64,000 bases of DNA from Balanoglossus misakiensis. Lineage: Eukaryota > Animalia > Hemichordata. The translations under genes were made by a program, and so were the position numbers. Below, piece by piece: positions 36,601 through 49,770 of this stretch (the first letter of the stretch is position 1; every line of letters begins with the position of its first letter). The stretch covers positions 4,081,227 to 4,145,226 of the forward strand of contig CM082579.2 of the NCBI GenBank assembly GCA_040954595.2, in the 5' to 3' direction. Under the pieces are notes generated by a model. That model made no database searches, was not told the origin of the DNA, and worked only from the letters and a program-made list of their open reading frames with translations.

Positions 36601-39600
36601 AAGTTTGCCACACACTCCATGCTCAATTGCCTTTCCCAATTTAACCACAGATAACTTTTAAAATTTTATCAAATCAATATAGAAGAAAATTGCAAGAACA
36701 GTAGCATACACCTTCTGTGTGTGCGTGCATGCCTGTGTGTATGTGTGTGTCTATGTAAACGCCTGAGTAAGATGTGTGAGAAATTTGGCTTTTTGACTGC
36801 ACTGAAATTCAGAGGAAAATCAGCCGCAATTTATCATCTTAAATTATTGAAGAAAGAGTAGAATGACATAATTGCGTCATTACTAGCATAGAGACAGAAC
36901 ACAATAATTATGTATTATAGAGCAGAAATGCACTGACTGTGTGTTCTCGCAGGACGTACACTGCAGATCTCATTTCCAGTGTCCTCATTATGAATGCTGA
37001 AGTTATTAAGAACCACCAATCAGCGGCTTCCTCGATGACATCATTGGTTTTGCATATAATCTAATGGAATGAAGCGTTTGCCGGGCGGTGAAAGTGGCTA
37101 GCTTGCAGCATGTCTGGTGAAAATGGCAAGGATGGCATATAACGCTGGCTGAGGTAAGGCGCATTTATGAGTCCTGAGTTGCTTGTTTTCACTGTGATAA
37201 TATGGGTAAATGGGAATGTTTAGGTCAGTGATAACATACAGTGGCTGTAACGCTGGATTTATATACAATCCTGATAATATTGCTGTTCTAGATGTCAATT
37301 GGGAAGGTAGGATAGATGTGGATTTAACACATTACAAGGTGGCAGTTTGCTTTTCAGTGTATAGTGTACATGCATCAAATACACAATACACTATTCCTGT
37401 TTTTTCTCACGGCTTTCCCACTGTTGGAACAGCTCAATATTAAAAGACACATCTGAGCTGAACGTGATAATGAAGGTGGAAATATTGACAGGGTCTGACA
37501 ATTACTGAGATCAATGTGAGTGGGAGCACTTTTTATCCCGGTCGTGATGACTAATACATTTCCAGCCAGTCAATGAAATGTTAATGCTCATACAGGTTTT
37601 TTTCTCTGCTGCAGTCTATATTTGCCAATGTTATCCTATATTACCAAGTGGAATGCGAATTTCTGCATATTTGATATCTCTCGCAGTGACCCCCACACTG
37701 TATATTGTTACTAAAATAAAGAGGTCAGTCAGGGTCTAGTTAAGTGCCCAAGGCTGTTCAGAGCTGTTTTAGTTCTCGTTACCTTCAAAATCAATTGGCA
37801 AGAGCAATGTAAATATATGCTATAAATGTTCACCTATATTCCACCAAGGACTTTGAAAAAAGGTGTCAATTTTTTCAGTCATTTACATAATTTTGCCCGT
37901 TTAATTTTGATCTAATTTTAATAATTCAGCATTGTTTAATTAGTAGTTGTGAAAAGCCAGTCCAAACTGTCACAAAATTTATGCAGCCGATAATTTGTGA
38001 AAATTCTGAATTAGCAACGGCAGCGTGCATATTCAACGGATATTTCAATATATGCGTGTCCTTGCCTAGCCTCTGTGGTATGCCATCTGAGTGCGCAGTG
38101 CACTAGAGTGTGGCCTCCCTATGAAAGTTTCATGAGAACACTAAACGCAAGGGGTTTCATCTGCTCATGCAGTCAATGCCAACCTCACCTTCCTTAACGC
38201 ATTATATCTGGATTTATCAGTCAGGTCTCTCAAAGGGGGCAATTCTGTTAGGTGTGTGGCCAGGAATCTTGATGAGTTTCACCTGAAAGGGGCGATTGTA
38301 GTGTGCAGTCTTGGAATAATAATGAGTCTGGTCTTGATGTCTGAGAGCTTGCCGAATCATATTCTATTCCACGTCTCCCTAAATTAGATTTGTCAACTGA
38401 TATCCAAATATTTGTAGTATTCTTGGCTACCTTTAAAATGTATTCATTATCATGAACAGTGTGCTGCATGATAAATATATACAGAACCGGCAATGGTGAT
38501 TTAGGTTTTTATGAGTGCTTTAATTTTCAGCCCTTGAAATCTGCTCAATGCAGTGTCAACATTTCCATCAGCAGTATAAACGTGCACATGTACATCGCAC
38601 CTACATCAGTGAATTACTATGAAGATAAAATATATACCCAGTCTTAATCAGAAATGTAGCTCTATGTCATGCCAACTTTGCAGAAATATAATGATCCTCC
38701 TGTGGCAAGGCCACTGTATTTTTAACTCCCATATGTCATATGAATATGTACCGAAAGGAGTTCATTAAAATTTGTGCTTCTACCAGTTCTTAGGAAGCGT
38801 CATGGTAACCAGAAATGCCAAGTTTTTTTATAATCCCATATATTTGACAAGCAGATAATATCTGTGTCATTCCCAAATTTGCACTGTAGCTGTGCCCATT
38901 TAAAGGCCAAGTTGCCATCAACTTGATCATGGAAGTCTTTTTTTGGGGTGTGTATAGTAAGACTGTATCATTTTTCGACAGATATATCTTTCTTTGGAAA
39001 ACAGGTAGTATGAGACACTTGCTGATTCTCTATTGACACCCGAGTCAAAATTTAATCCCCGAGTTTCCTCCTCCCTTCAGAAAAGCATTTTTTTCTTCAA
39101 GGCACCTGTTACCATGGCAACATATTAAAGAACTCTTACAAGATGTTACAGTTACAGACGAAAGCCCTAGGCTTTAATTTCCTTAGAAAGAAATTTTGTA
39201 GATTATTGAAAAAAAGAAGCTTGTAAGTTGATTAGAATTTTTTGCAATAACTCCTTGCCCAAAGACAGATACCGAAGGTAATGGGAATTTAACTGTATGC
39301 TGTATCAAAATGAAAAGATGTAGCAATATAACTTAAGTTTCTTCAACGTAGAACATTATGACCTAGTACAAATTGTAAATATTAGAAATAAAAAAAGAAC
39401 AAAAATTTCTCTGATGAACCAAAAATCCTTGACTAACGTATCACATTAGGCGTATGAAGACCGCAGTATCAATCAGTTACTGTCTGTGAATTGAATAGTT
39501 TGTATTCAATAGAGCATGTAATCAGCTCACCTTGGCCCCCCACAATGCACGGATTGATCACTTGTGTGAAGCTTACACGTACTTTATGTCAACTGGCTGC

Positions 39601-42600
39601 ACTGTCAAGGAGATTTGTGCCTCATGAATATTAATGAAAATTTGCAAACACCTCCTCAAGGATTCGAGGACAAGCGTACGTGTCCAAAGATGCGTTTGAA
39701 GCGATGACGTAGTTTTGATCAAGTGTTTCTAGTTGTGACCAAGTTTATACAAAAAGGACCAGATATTTTGCAAATAAATTATGAATTAATAAGCGAACAT
39801 ATCTGGCAGACAAAAACATGTCCCTTTATTTCATCACTTTTATAATTTGATATATGGATATCCTGGTTATATCTTGTATTCTCTCTGGGGGTTTTCCGGA
39901 CTTTGTCACTCAGGTGGCACAGCAGTCAAATTTGAAAAAGAAATAAAAAGAAATTAAAGAGAAGGAACACTTTTATACCCTCAAGTAGAAAGTCACTGTT
40001 TTTCGTCTCTTAAAAATCACCAGGAAAGATTTGTCTGAAATGATTGGTTCACAGTGTGATAAAAATGATTGATGTGATACAGTAAAGGTCTTTATGGCTC
40101 TGCATTGATTTGGCAATACTGTGTGTGTGGATATTGTGATTTGGCTCCCAGCCAGTCATGGTAGGTACGCCTGCAATAAAACAGTAGTCTAGAAAGAGTT
40201 AATGGTTTGTTTGCCATTACTGGAGTGTCTATTTATTTACACTGTGATGTCAACCATTTGATTAAAAGGCTTCAGAAAGATTGATGGCCAAGTTTAATGC
40301 TTTAATGGCATTTCACACTGTGGGCTTTTATGGCGCATTATGATCGGACAGGTGGTTTTTAGCCAATATGTGTGTCACAGTGACACCAAGGAATACATTG
40401 CTGTTTTAAACAGATTTTTGCAGTGATCATGCTTCTGAAAATGCCTCAGCAAAATATGCAACATTTATGTATTGAACACAAAATTGACTGTTATAAAAGC
40501 CGTGGTCATGAGCTCTGTACACAGGTTTCTCCCAGTATCATTGTCAAGAACAGGACAATAAAATAACACTTTCAGTCACTTCATGTGGGGCCTTTGTAAC
40601 AACTAGTCAATACTCATTAATGTTTGTTTGAATAAAAAATATGCCATTTCCATTCCACAAAAAGATTTCCCTGTACACCCTCAAGGTATGATTGGAAAAG
40701 CAATTTATCCGTCAATACGTTGGAGAAAAGAAATCTCAAGCCAATCTCAGTAAGGTACACATGCAGAACTATTGAAAGGGGTCTGTGGGAATCAAGTTGT
40801 TCCTGTGAATTGTTTTTTATTAGCCCATAAAATTTGAAACTCATTCTTAAATGTCAGAAAGCAAACCTAAAAACAAAAAACAAATATAGCAGTTAATGTC
40901 AACAGTATTTCATCTGACAATATTGCCACGGTGTTAGAGTGATTTATGTTCTGAAAACGGCTCATGATACATGATCATGACACAAGTCCTAGATGGTTGG
41001 AACAAGCCAATCAAGGGAGCCCTCTATAGTTGATTTTCTTCTGTATGCGACGCGACTGCACTACATCACCGTGAATTGGTTGCTGGTGTCATCGCATCAT
41101 CTGTATCAGTCTATTCGTGGAGGTGCCACAGAACATGAGACAGACTTCAAGTGCAAATCGACTGAACAGCTTCAAGCCATCTTGACATTCTCTTAGTCAT
41201 ATTAAAGCAAAGTGTTTACTGACTTTATTTTCAGTCTTCAGGAAAGACACTCTCCTCACTTGGAATTATCGCTGAAGTTATCCGGCCTACATCTGAGGGT
41301 GCCATTGTAGGTGTCTCTTGGGCTTAGCGAGCGTTTGTAATCTGTCTTTGTGGTCATCTGACTGTCTGTATAAAGCACTGTGTCTTACCATCAATGGAAG
41401 GGAAGTCAATGTTCTCCACCAATGAACTCTCAGGTTTTATCTGAAGTATGTGGGCTTTATACACACAGATAAAACAAAACACAAAAAATCCAACGAAAAA
41501 AAAGTATTGATCCTGATGTAAGACACTGGCAGGTATGCCAGTGTGAAAATATATAATACATTTAATATATATAATACATATATAGTATATTCAAATACTC
41601 AATCGTACTTGATTTATTCTCTATGTGTACAGAGAAGAGAATTTACAAGAAGACCAGTAGCCCACCCACTGACACTTTAAAGCTGTTACGCCTGTGAATT
41701 TATCAGCTAGTTTATAGGTGCTTAGGAAGAACACAATGACTGCTTGAATTCGTTCAAAGGGACGATCAAACAGTCTACTTATGTAACAACCTGCTCAGTG
41801 ATATAAATAGAAGTTGCCCTGAGAGCCATTTTCAACTTTGAATGTTAATTGTACTCAGGCTGACGTTTCTACATCGGGAAAAATATTAGAAGCTGATGCT
41901 TCTGATTTTTTTTACACGGTTGTGTTCAGTCTGATTGAAATCAGCAGTATCAGAAGATGGGGGATATCTCTACAGCTGATTTCAATCAGATTGCACTTTA
42001 TCTTGTCTATCGACCGCATTTTCTTGCCCTGTTCATTAAAATTTCCACTGTTTAGCTCAGCAACACAGACGGTGTGTGCTTGTGTGTGTGTTCAATTAAT
42101 ACCTTTAATTGATAATCCTGGGCTTAATTCATTTGTTCACAGTAATACCCTTGGCTAGACACATACAAGGCTGAGTTCACAAATCAAATACTTGAGCTTT
42201 TAGCGAGTAAAACAATTAGCAACAAACTGCAGTTGCAGTTGACAGAATTAGCAGAGACTTTGATCACAGCCAGTTTGCAGAGTGCTGGCCTGGGCATACC
42301 TGCAGCATCACAAGTTTTAATGACTTGGTCGGGTAGACTTTAAACCAATTTCCATATATCTTTCAACAGCCAAACAATTGTTGCCCTCGGCAGCAAATAA
42401 CTGTCAGGCCTTGGCATAACAAACAATAATCAGGGGCCATTTACCATGCTCTTGTTTATTTTTGTACATCCAGCTTTTTATTAACACATTGAATTAATCT
42501 TTTTTGCCTTCACAAGCCAAGCGAAAGAGTGCGGCCTTCTGACTAGATTAAGACAGCGTGGACTGACATGTCCCATTTGCCAGGGACGCGAAAAGTAAAA

Positions 42601-42616
42601 TGATCTTGCCGTTAAA

Positions 42617-42668
42617 TTAAGGTAGTATGTGCCTCAGAAACAGATTTACTAAACGCAAACTACCTTAA
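42617..42668. mobile_element. 52-bp internally deleted TTAA-flanked TIR element (Kolobok-like)
   Basis: ttaaggtagt...actaccttaa gives perfect 10-bp inverted ends including TTAA on both sides. Confidence 0.65.
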
Positions 42669-42672
42669 TACA

Positions 42673-42757
42673 CCCCTTTCACCACCATGGTTCAGTCCCA
42701 ACCCATTGTTTTCTATGGTAAGGTTGGACCTCTAAAGAGGGAACTGGGGGTGAAAGG
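42673..42757 (+). mobile_element. Short MITE-like element with TIRs cctttcacc...ggtgaaagg
   Basis: It has terminal inverted repeats and is homologous to the copy at 28025-28103. Confidence 0.75.
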
Positions 42758-44165
42758 CTTAGGGTTAACCCATAACGCTTTAACCTCATGAGTTTGGTTG
42801 GACCACATTATTTTTTATCCGCAGTTGGAAATGTTACAAGCAAATAGCATGGAGGGATGTTATTAAAAAAACATTTGACCTTATTAACGGTGCATAGCTC
42901 TGGGAAAAAAATATCTTTCTTTTACAAAAAAATAACATGCTCACTGCGTTCAAACGATAAACATGACAAATCAATTACCAGGGATCACCTACCTGCCAAA
43001 AGACCAGACATACAAGATTTATTCGTCTACGCCGGTAATCAAGATTTCCAGCGATGGGATCTGAATGGACCTGGATAAACAAAGGCATATTTCTTGAGTT
43101 GCTAAGCTTTAAAAGTATGCCAGTGGAGTGGTTCAACAGGGGGTTGAGAAGTTGCAGAGAGAAAAATCGCCATTTTAATTCACAAGCAAATTACCTTTCA
43201 AGATTCCAGAGTTGATTTGCAGCCTTCGTGAATACTTGATGAGATAATGAATTCTGGCATGGAATACCGGTGGTAACACGCTGTGAATGTTGACAATGTT
43301 TACCGGTTAATTTTCATCAAATAGTTTACAAGGTGACATTGATTGAAATTGACACAACTTCTAACAATGTGCTTTGTTCATATATAATTACGACTATAAG
43401 CATAATTCCGGAGTTAACTAAGTAGCAAAATGGTCTGTAAGATAAAATGTTTTCTTATAATTAAATCATGGAGTAAAACATGTAATTTACACACCACACT
43501 TGCTTCTTAATCGTCCCACATCATCATCATCAAGACCCATGGATGCGAGAGAAAAAAGATCAGCTGCCGTAAAAGGGCGCATCGTTTACGACGATGTTAT
43601 ATCAGAGCACATTTAATATTTAGCTCGAAATGTAGGCTCTTTCCGGACATTGAGAGGCTAGCAATGACAAAGGACGACCTCTTTGAGGTCAAATCGTGTG
43701 AAAGACAGGGTGCTTGTGTGTATACACTGAAATAATCTTGATCAGGAACCCAACCCGGGCTGACCTTACCGTTGGTGTCATGTCAGGTCATTGAACCCTG
43801 CATGCGGAGGGTGGCATCATTTCCGACACATCAGAGATAACTCAAAAAGTGTTTGGGAAAGAATGAAATCGTGAATTCAAATATTGTGAAAGCGCTGAAA
43901 TGATTCTCTTTACTGTTTTTATTGGGAGTTTCCTGTTTACTCCAGGAGGGGAGGCTATCCTAAGGCCTAGGCCTGCATGTTTCTGTGAAGACTTCAATGT
44001 TGTGAAAATTGTGTCAGTTTAGACGACTTCATTTCCAGTCGATGGAAGATTGCCGCCGTAAAACCACTTAACTATGAAATCTTTTTGTCAAAATGCGAAA
44101 AAACCCTGTAAATCAAACGTCACTATACTCTAATCAAAGCGCATTGGCATCGAAAATTTATCATG

Positions 44166-44210
44166 CCAATTGACCTGGAATGACCTCCCTTACCTGACCA
44201 ATTGACGTCA
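44166..44210. promoter_or_regulatory. Nuclear-receptor DR4, CCAAT and CRE cluster
   Basis: TGACCT-ggaa-TGACCT at 44171-44186, two CCAAT motifs, and TGACGTCA at 44203-44210. Confidence 0.5.
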
Positions 44211-46789
44211 TCACCAGTCAAGTCCTGCCACCACAACCATTTTTTATATAATTGACACGCCCCTATTATACTATTAAGTGACCATTTACCAACAACTGAC
44301 CGCCAAGATCCTTTTATGTCATAATCTCTTATGGTCTCCTCCGGGGCACACCTAAGAATGACCGTACCCAGGGGGGTTCAAACCAAGACTGCGGTCAATC
44401 AGTTTCAAATTAGTATTTGTACATATTTGCTCTGAAAAACCCTACATACGTCAAGAGGAAACGCAAAAACGTCGTGTGGACACTCATGTGGTCAATGCTC
44501 CCGGGTTCCTGTAACAGGTACCATACTTGAAACCGTTATTTCCCAACCGATTTCATCATTTTTATGTGGTTTATCGCTGTACTTTAATATTATAGACCTA
44601 AGCTTATTTGCGTAAGCCATGAATAATGAACGTGATGAAAAGTTCACTGGTACGTAGTAACACTTGAAGACTTTAGACTCCATATGTCGAAAATGGCAAA
44701 CAAGCTAAAAATGTTGGTTTGTACCAGCATCTTTCCAAAGAACATTTCTTTATTTTAAGAAGTTTTTCGCTTCCCACAAATAAGTTTTGAACAAAACATT
44801 GAAACATTAAATGCATTGCTTCAGTCCGGTTAAAGTTGTTTTAAAACTGTTTAAAATCCACAGTAAATCTTAATATTTTTAAATACACGATTACGACACT
44901 TGGCGATTGGATGTGAAATAGTTCGTGGAGTCAACAGTAAACAAACACATAACCTCATCAAGGTCATTTAAACGTGTAATGATCCCTGTGGAGATTAATA
45001 ATAGAATTTACACCCTCGAACGGCACTGCTGTGAACAGTTTATAGTAGTAATAAAATATGTGTGACTTGATCGAGCACGCACCCAGAACTGTCCAAAGAG
45101 GAGCCCGGCTGTCTTTAAACCCCTTGGTGGGGCTTCGTCGAATTCCGACCAACAACACTTTCCCACACATTTATCGCGTATACCCAAAACAAAGATAACT
45201 GCTTATCGTGTTGCCATGCCAACGTGGCAATAAAACTCCCGATCCTCGTGCAGTTTATCATCACTATAAAACACAGAGGGGCCCCTGGAGTATGGGCCAT
45301 AGCCATATGCGCGGGATACAGCTGGGATTTCCCATTTCATTTCAAATTGCAGGAAATATAAGTATTTTGAGAGAGGACTGGGGAAAATATTCCCCCATGC
45401 AGATTGCAGGGTGGTGTTATTGAACCGATGTCGTCGTTGTTTTCAGGTCAAAGTCTTCGATTTCAGCTGTGCTATAGCCTTATCTCAAAGTACAAGTTAA
45501 TACCACATGTTTGCCGGCTGGGGTACACTTAAAACACTTCACCTCTGTTAACCCGGCAAATGTGTGTGAATTCCCTCATATTTAATAGGAGCGACTTGTA
45601 AACAGTGGCTCGGCGCACAGTCACATAGGTGTCCCCTTCAAAACTATTGTCCTACATTTGAGAGAAGATGCGGTTTCCAAACAAATTCGGTTTCATATGC
45701 GCACATTCAGTAACTCGGTCAATTCCCAGTTGACGTTGACCGGTGTTATGTGGATACCAATCTGTATACGTAGAAACTCAAACAGCTGAACGAAAGAAAC
45801 CACATGTCCGAAGAAATTAAAGTTGACGCTTCGTCTTACTTCCCCGTGGACCAGCTCTCTTCTGAAATGATTGCGTAATACAGTAATTGCAGGGACCGTT
45901 ATAACTTCTTATCAAAGTTGGATGGCAATTTGCAAGTTCAAGGGAAATCACACATTCTCCATCGGAGACGACGACTCATCTCATATTATGGGTCTGGTTT
46001 ATGACTCGCATGTAAACATAGACTGACTCTAATCTTATCATACAGCACGAAATACCCGTTGCTATGATATCACGGTGACTTCTGACCCCAATTTGTGAAG
46101 CTGGTACGTACACCCTGGGAACTCTCGCTGTATAAGTTATGAGCTTCCGAGCCATATAATAATAACCATTCTAGATTTCTCAGTTGTGCTTAACCTACCC
46201 GATACAAAATAACAACTGCACATATCATTTCATAAACATTTTATTTCTGCCAGATGTTTGGTGTATTTGAATATGAACATTTTTGAAAAATTATCGGCCA
46301 AAAGACCCTCCTCTGTCAGTTACATGCGCCACGTTTATATCGTTTATGTTTACTTTTCCTTGCTTGGATTCAAACACTGCCGCTCCACTGACAGATAACA
46401 TGGCTATATTTATATCTGGATACTGTTGACTATATATCGCTTTGTAGATAATAGTAACCGGCGCTATTGAAATTGAACTTTTAGGCCTAACCTTTCATTA
46501 AGAAATATACCATGGAGTTCGCGTCGCTCTTCTCAGGGTGGGAGATTCAAAGACTAGGTGAGGGCCGACGGCAATTTTCTCCCTGTGAAACTTACCGTAC
46601 GATCGATTTGGATGGCTCATCTTGGAAACATTTTACATGCCATGTGAGGATTTCTTGACTTACCATTGTTTGCCTATGTGGTGACCTCCCTTTACGACCT
46701 TGGCAAGAGGAACTGATTGTTTGATTTGGATTTTAGAGCACGATCGAAGTATAAATTTGCTGGTCAGGCCTCCACCAATGTTTGAATCG

Positions 46790-46892
<103 letters not shown>

Positions 46893-48085
46893 TCCAGGTA
46901 CGCTATGTCCAGCAATAGCAAGACACTCCGACTTTTTCTGTGGTAACCATAGTAAAGCTCAATAAAGTACGTTTCAGTGACACCATGAGTAAGCTATTTT
47001 TTCAATGACGATGGAGTATTGAAGCTTTCTGGAAAAGCTGGGCTTCTCGACCGGAACAGAATCTGACCAAACAAATTCAGTTGAAGTCGTTAATACTTTT
47101 TGATCCAGTAACAGCAGTGATGGTCTCAAAATCGGTTGCGTCAGAAACGTTTTGAATACTTATAATACTGTTTTTTTATCATAATTCTATAATTCTAATC
47201 CAAACAGATATTTTTGTTCGGTGATACGTATATACAATGAAAGTCGACTGTCAATTTTAGCCGTCGCACGCCAATTTGTTAGGCAAACGAAAATGTCGAC
47301 CTACAAGTAACACTTGATTGACAGTGTCTTAATGGACAACGCGGGGCCTTGTCAAAAGACGCCGTGTGACCCTAGCAAGCTTCGGTCAGGGCCAGCACGG
47401 CAAATATAAATACACATTGTATGGAGGCATTGAGAAGGTGCAACCGATACCTTTACGTCGTACACTCTCTAACACGTCGAAGGACACGCCGGGTTTGTGG
47501 GCAGCACACGGCAACCGATATCGCTTTGTTTTTGAACTCCCGCTAAACAGTACCGAAAGAAGTGACATGCTGGGCAGTTTCGGTTGGGAAAACTAAATAG
47601 AGGATTACTTTAGCACCAGAGAGGGAAGAGACCGAGTCCCTTTCAACTGTACAACAGCTGGACTTTCCAAGGTAACACGCTCAGGTCACGGAATCATTCG
47701 TAGCGGCAGATAAAATAATCCTATCCGATGTGGCACCCATAGTAATGACAGCCAACCAAGGTCACACGGGTTGCGAAATCGCTCTTTATCATACCGACTG
47801 ATTTCAGACACGTTGAGAAGTCGATATGCCGGTGGTTTTCAGTTGAAAGGTTTGGTATTTTTTACTTCTCCATCAGTCTGTCTGTCTGTCAGTTTTGCCT
47901 AATTGATTTAAAAGTTCTTTTTGTTGTGGCTGGGGTCAGTGATTTATATACGGTGGCTGGCTGTCTACTTTGAGAAACCTTTGTGCGTGTGCCGTCTTGT
48001 ACTTTATGGCAACGCACGCGCAAAAACGTCTTGTGATCTTCACTGGATCTGGTACTTTAACATGGAAACCAAGTTTTGCTCGTGG

Positions 48086-48126
48086 AAACAACCATAGACC
48101 ATAGACTCTAGGGTCTATGAAACAAC
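48086..48126. mobile_element. 27-bp micro-TIR element (catagacc...ggtctatg) with 7-bp direct flanks aaacaac
   Basis: The sequence reads aaacaac[catagaccatagactctagggtctatg]aaacaac. Confidence 0.7.
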
Positions 48127-49475
48127 GTTGCTTTCCATAGGAGCAGTCGAACTGACACCGGTATCCCCGGCTTTGATCAGCTGTCTGGAACCTGGCTTGA
48201 ATTCCATTGTACCTTGCGTCTTTAGGGTAACTTAGCAATGTGATTAATCATATTTAGGCCATAGCACATCACATACGGAGGCCTATGCATGCCCCCACAG
48301 TCTCACAGACACAACACACTCCACAAACCACATACCGAGCTATATCGGTTCACTAAATGCAGTTGGTGACCTGGGCTTGGTCCGCCTTGTGCCGGGTTTA
48401 CCTGTCGTGAGATTATATACTCCTTTTGTCCACCAAGGGATGAAGTCTAACTTCTCTAACATTATTTGGAGTTATTTTAGATTCTGTTGATAACTTATTT
48501 CGCTTGCTGTGCTCACCCCCTCCCCAACCCCCACCAATCGCGAGGTAAACTGTGCCAGTTACCAGTGTAGCGCGAACTCGGTGTCCGATTGACCCAAATC
48601 TCCAGATGGGTGGGGGTAACCCAGAAACAGTAGTAGTAAACAGGAAGAGTCGTAAATTATGGAACCATGAACTTGGCTTGGACTTGACTTGGCAACATTA
48701 TTCCGTCATCCCTCTTGTGAGCAGCCCTGAACACCCCACTGGTTACACTGTAATCAATTTTCAGTTTGGTCACGGTCAATATAGAGTGACCGTGCCCACG
48801 ATGACGGTTGCGTTGACCATGACAAACACCACGGTCACAGGCAATAATGCACACATGGCTCGCCAACCTTGTTATTGTCCCGGCTGTCCCACATGAGAAT
48901 GTACACTTCAATGTAGGAATCAACATAGCCGTATGATAAGCATGGTGTTTATTTAACACCTTTGTCTGTTGGAAAGTAATTAGCACATCGTCAACGCAAG
49001 TTATCATGCTGATATGTAAATATAGTTTTATAACACTCCTATAAGATCATAAAATTGCAAATCCCAATAATAGCCCTACAGTTACATGTACTTTGTTGAG
49101 GTAAACTGTTGTAACGACGTTGAGTCGATTTGATAGTACATTTTATGCCACTTTTTAAAAGTCGATGAAGTCTAAAAATAAATTCTGAATCCGAGTATAC
49201 TGTCAACCTCATTCCAATCCCAATGACGCGGAACGCATATTTGCTTGTGCATTTTTTACCCCGTTGCCATTGTATTGGTAAATTGGGTATCACAACGTTG
49301 ATCCAGAACGGAATGGGGGGGGGGGGGGTCACTCAAACCATAGCATTTACTTGGAGAAAATTGGAATCTTTTGAGCCGAATCTTTTGCAGCCCGTCTTTC
49401 TAATTCCGATTCTTGCCAGTAAGCTCGTCGTGGGGGTCCTGGCGTTGCTACTGAAGACCGTCACGGCGTTCTGTA

Positions 49476-49770
49476 TTACCCCTTTCAGACGTGCCGTCAA
49501 CGCCGCCCCAGCGGCGGTGCTAGGGCGGCGTTAATTTGTAAGTGCCACGTGTGAAAAGGTGAGAGCGGCCCTGCGCCGCTCTTTTTTTGTGACGGTGTTG
49601 AGGGGTGGGACCTGGGTCGGGGCGCCGCACTAAACAGCGATTCAAATCACGTGTGAACAGAAACACCGCACTAAACGCCGATCTAAACGCACTCTTCCGA
49701 CGCGGTTTGAGGGGATACAAGTGGCAGTTTCTAATGAGCTTGCATGTAAAATTACCCCTCTGAAAAGAGC
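49476..49770. mobile_element. GC-rich non-autonomous DNA transposon remnant (PIF/Harbinger-like)
   Basis: It starts tta|cccctttcagacgtg. Internal repeats are cacgtgtgaa (x2) and ccgcactaaac (x2). Internal hairpins are aacgccgccc...gggcggcgtt (49499-49532) and gagcggc...gccgctc. The right end is degenerate (tctgaaaagag). Confidence 0.5.

Noticed and set aside
49563-49588. Hairpin plus T-run resembling a rho-independent terminator
   Set aside because: The context is eukaryotic and the hairpin lies within a probable transposon remnant.
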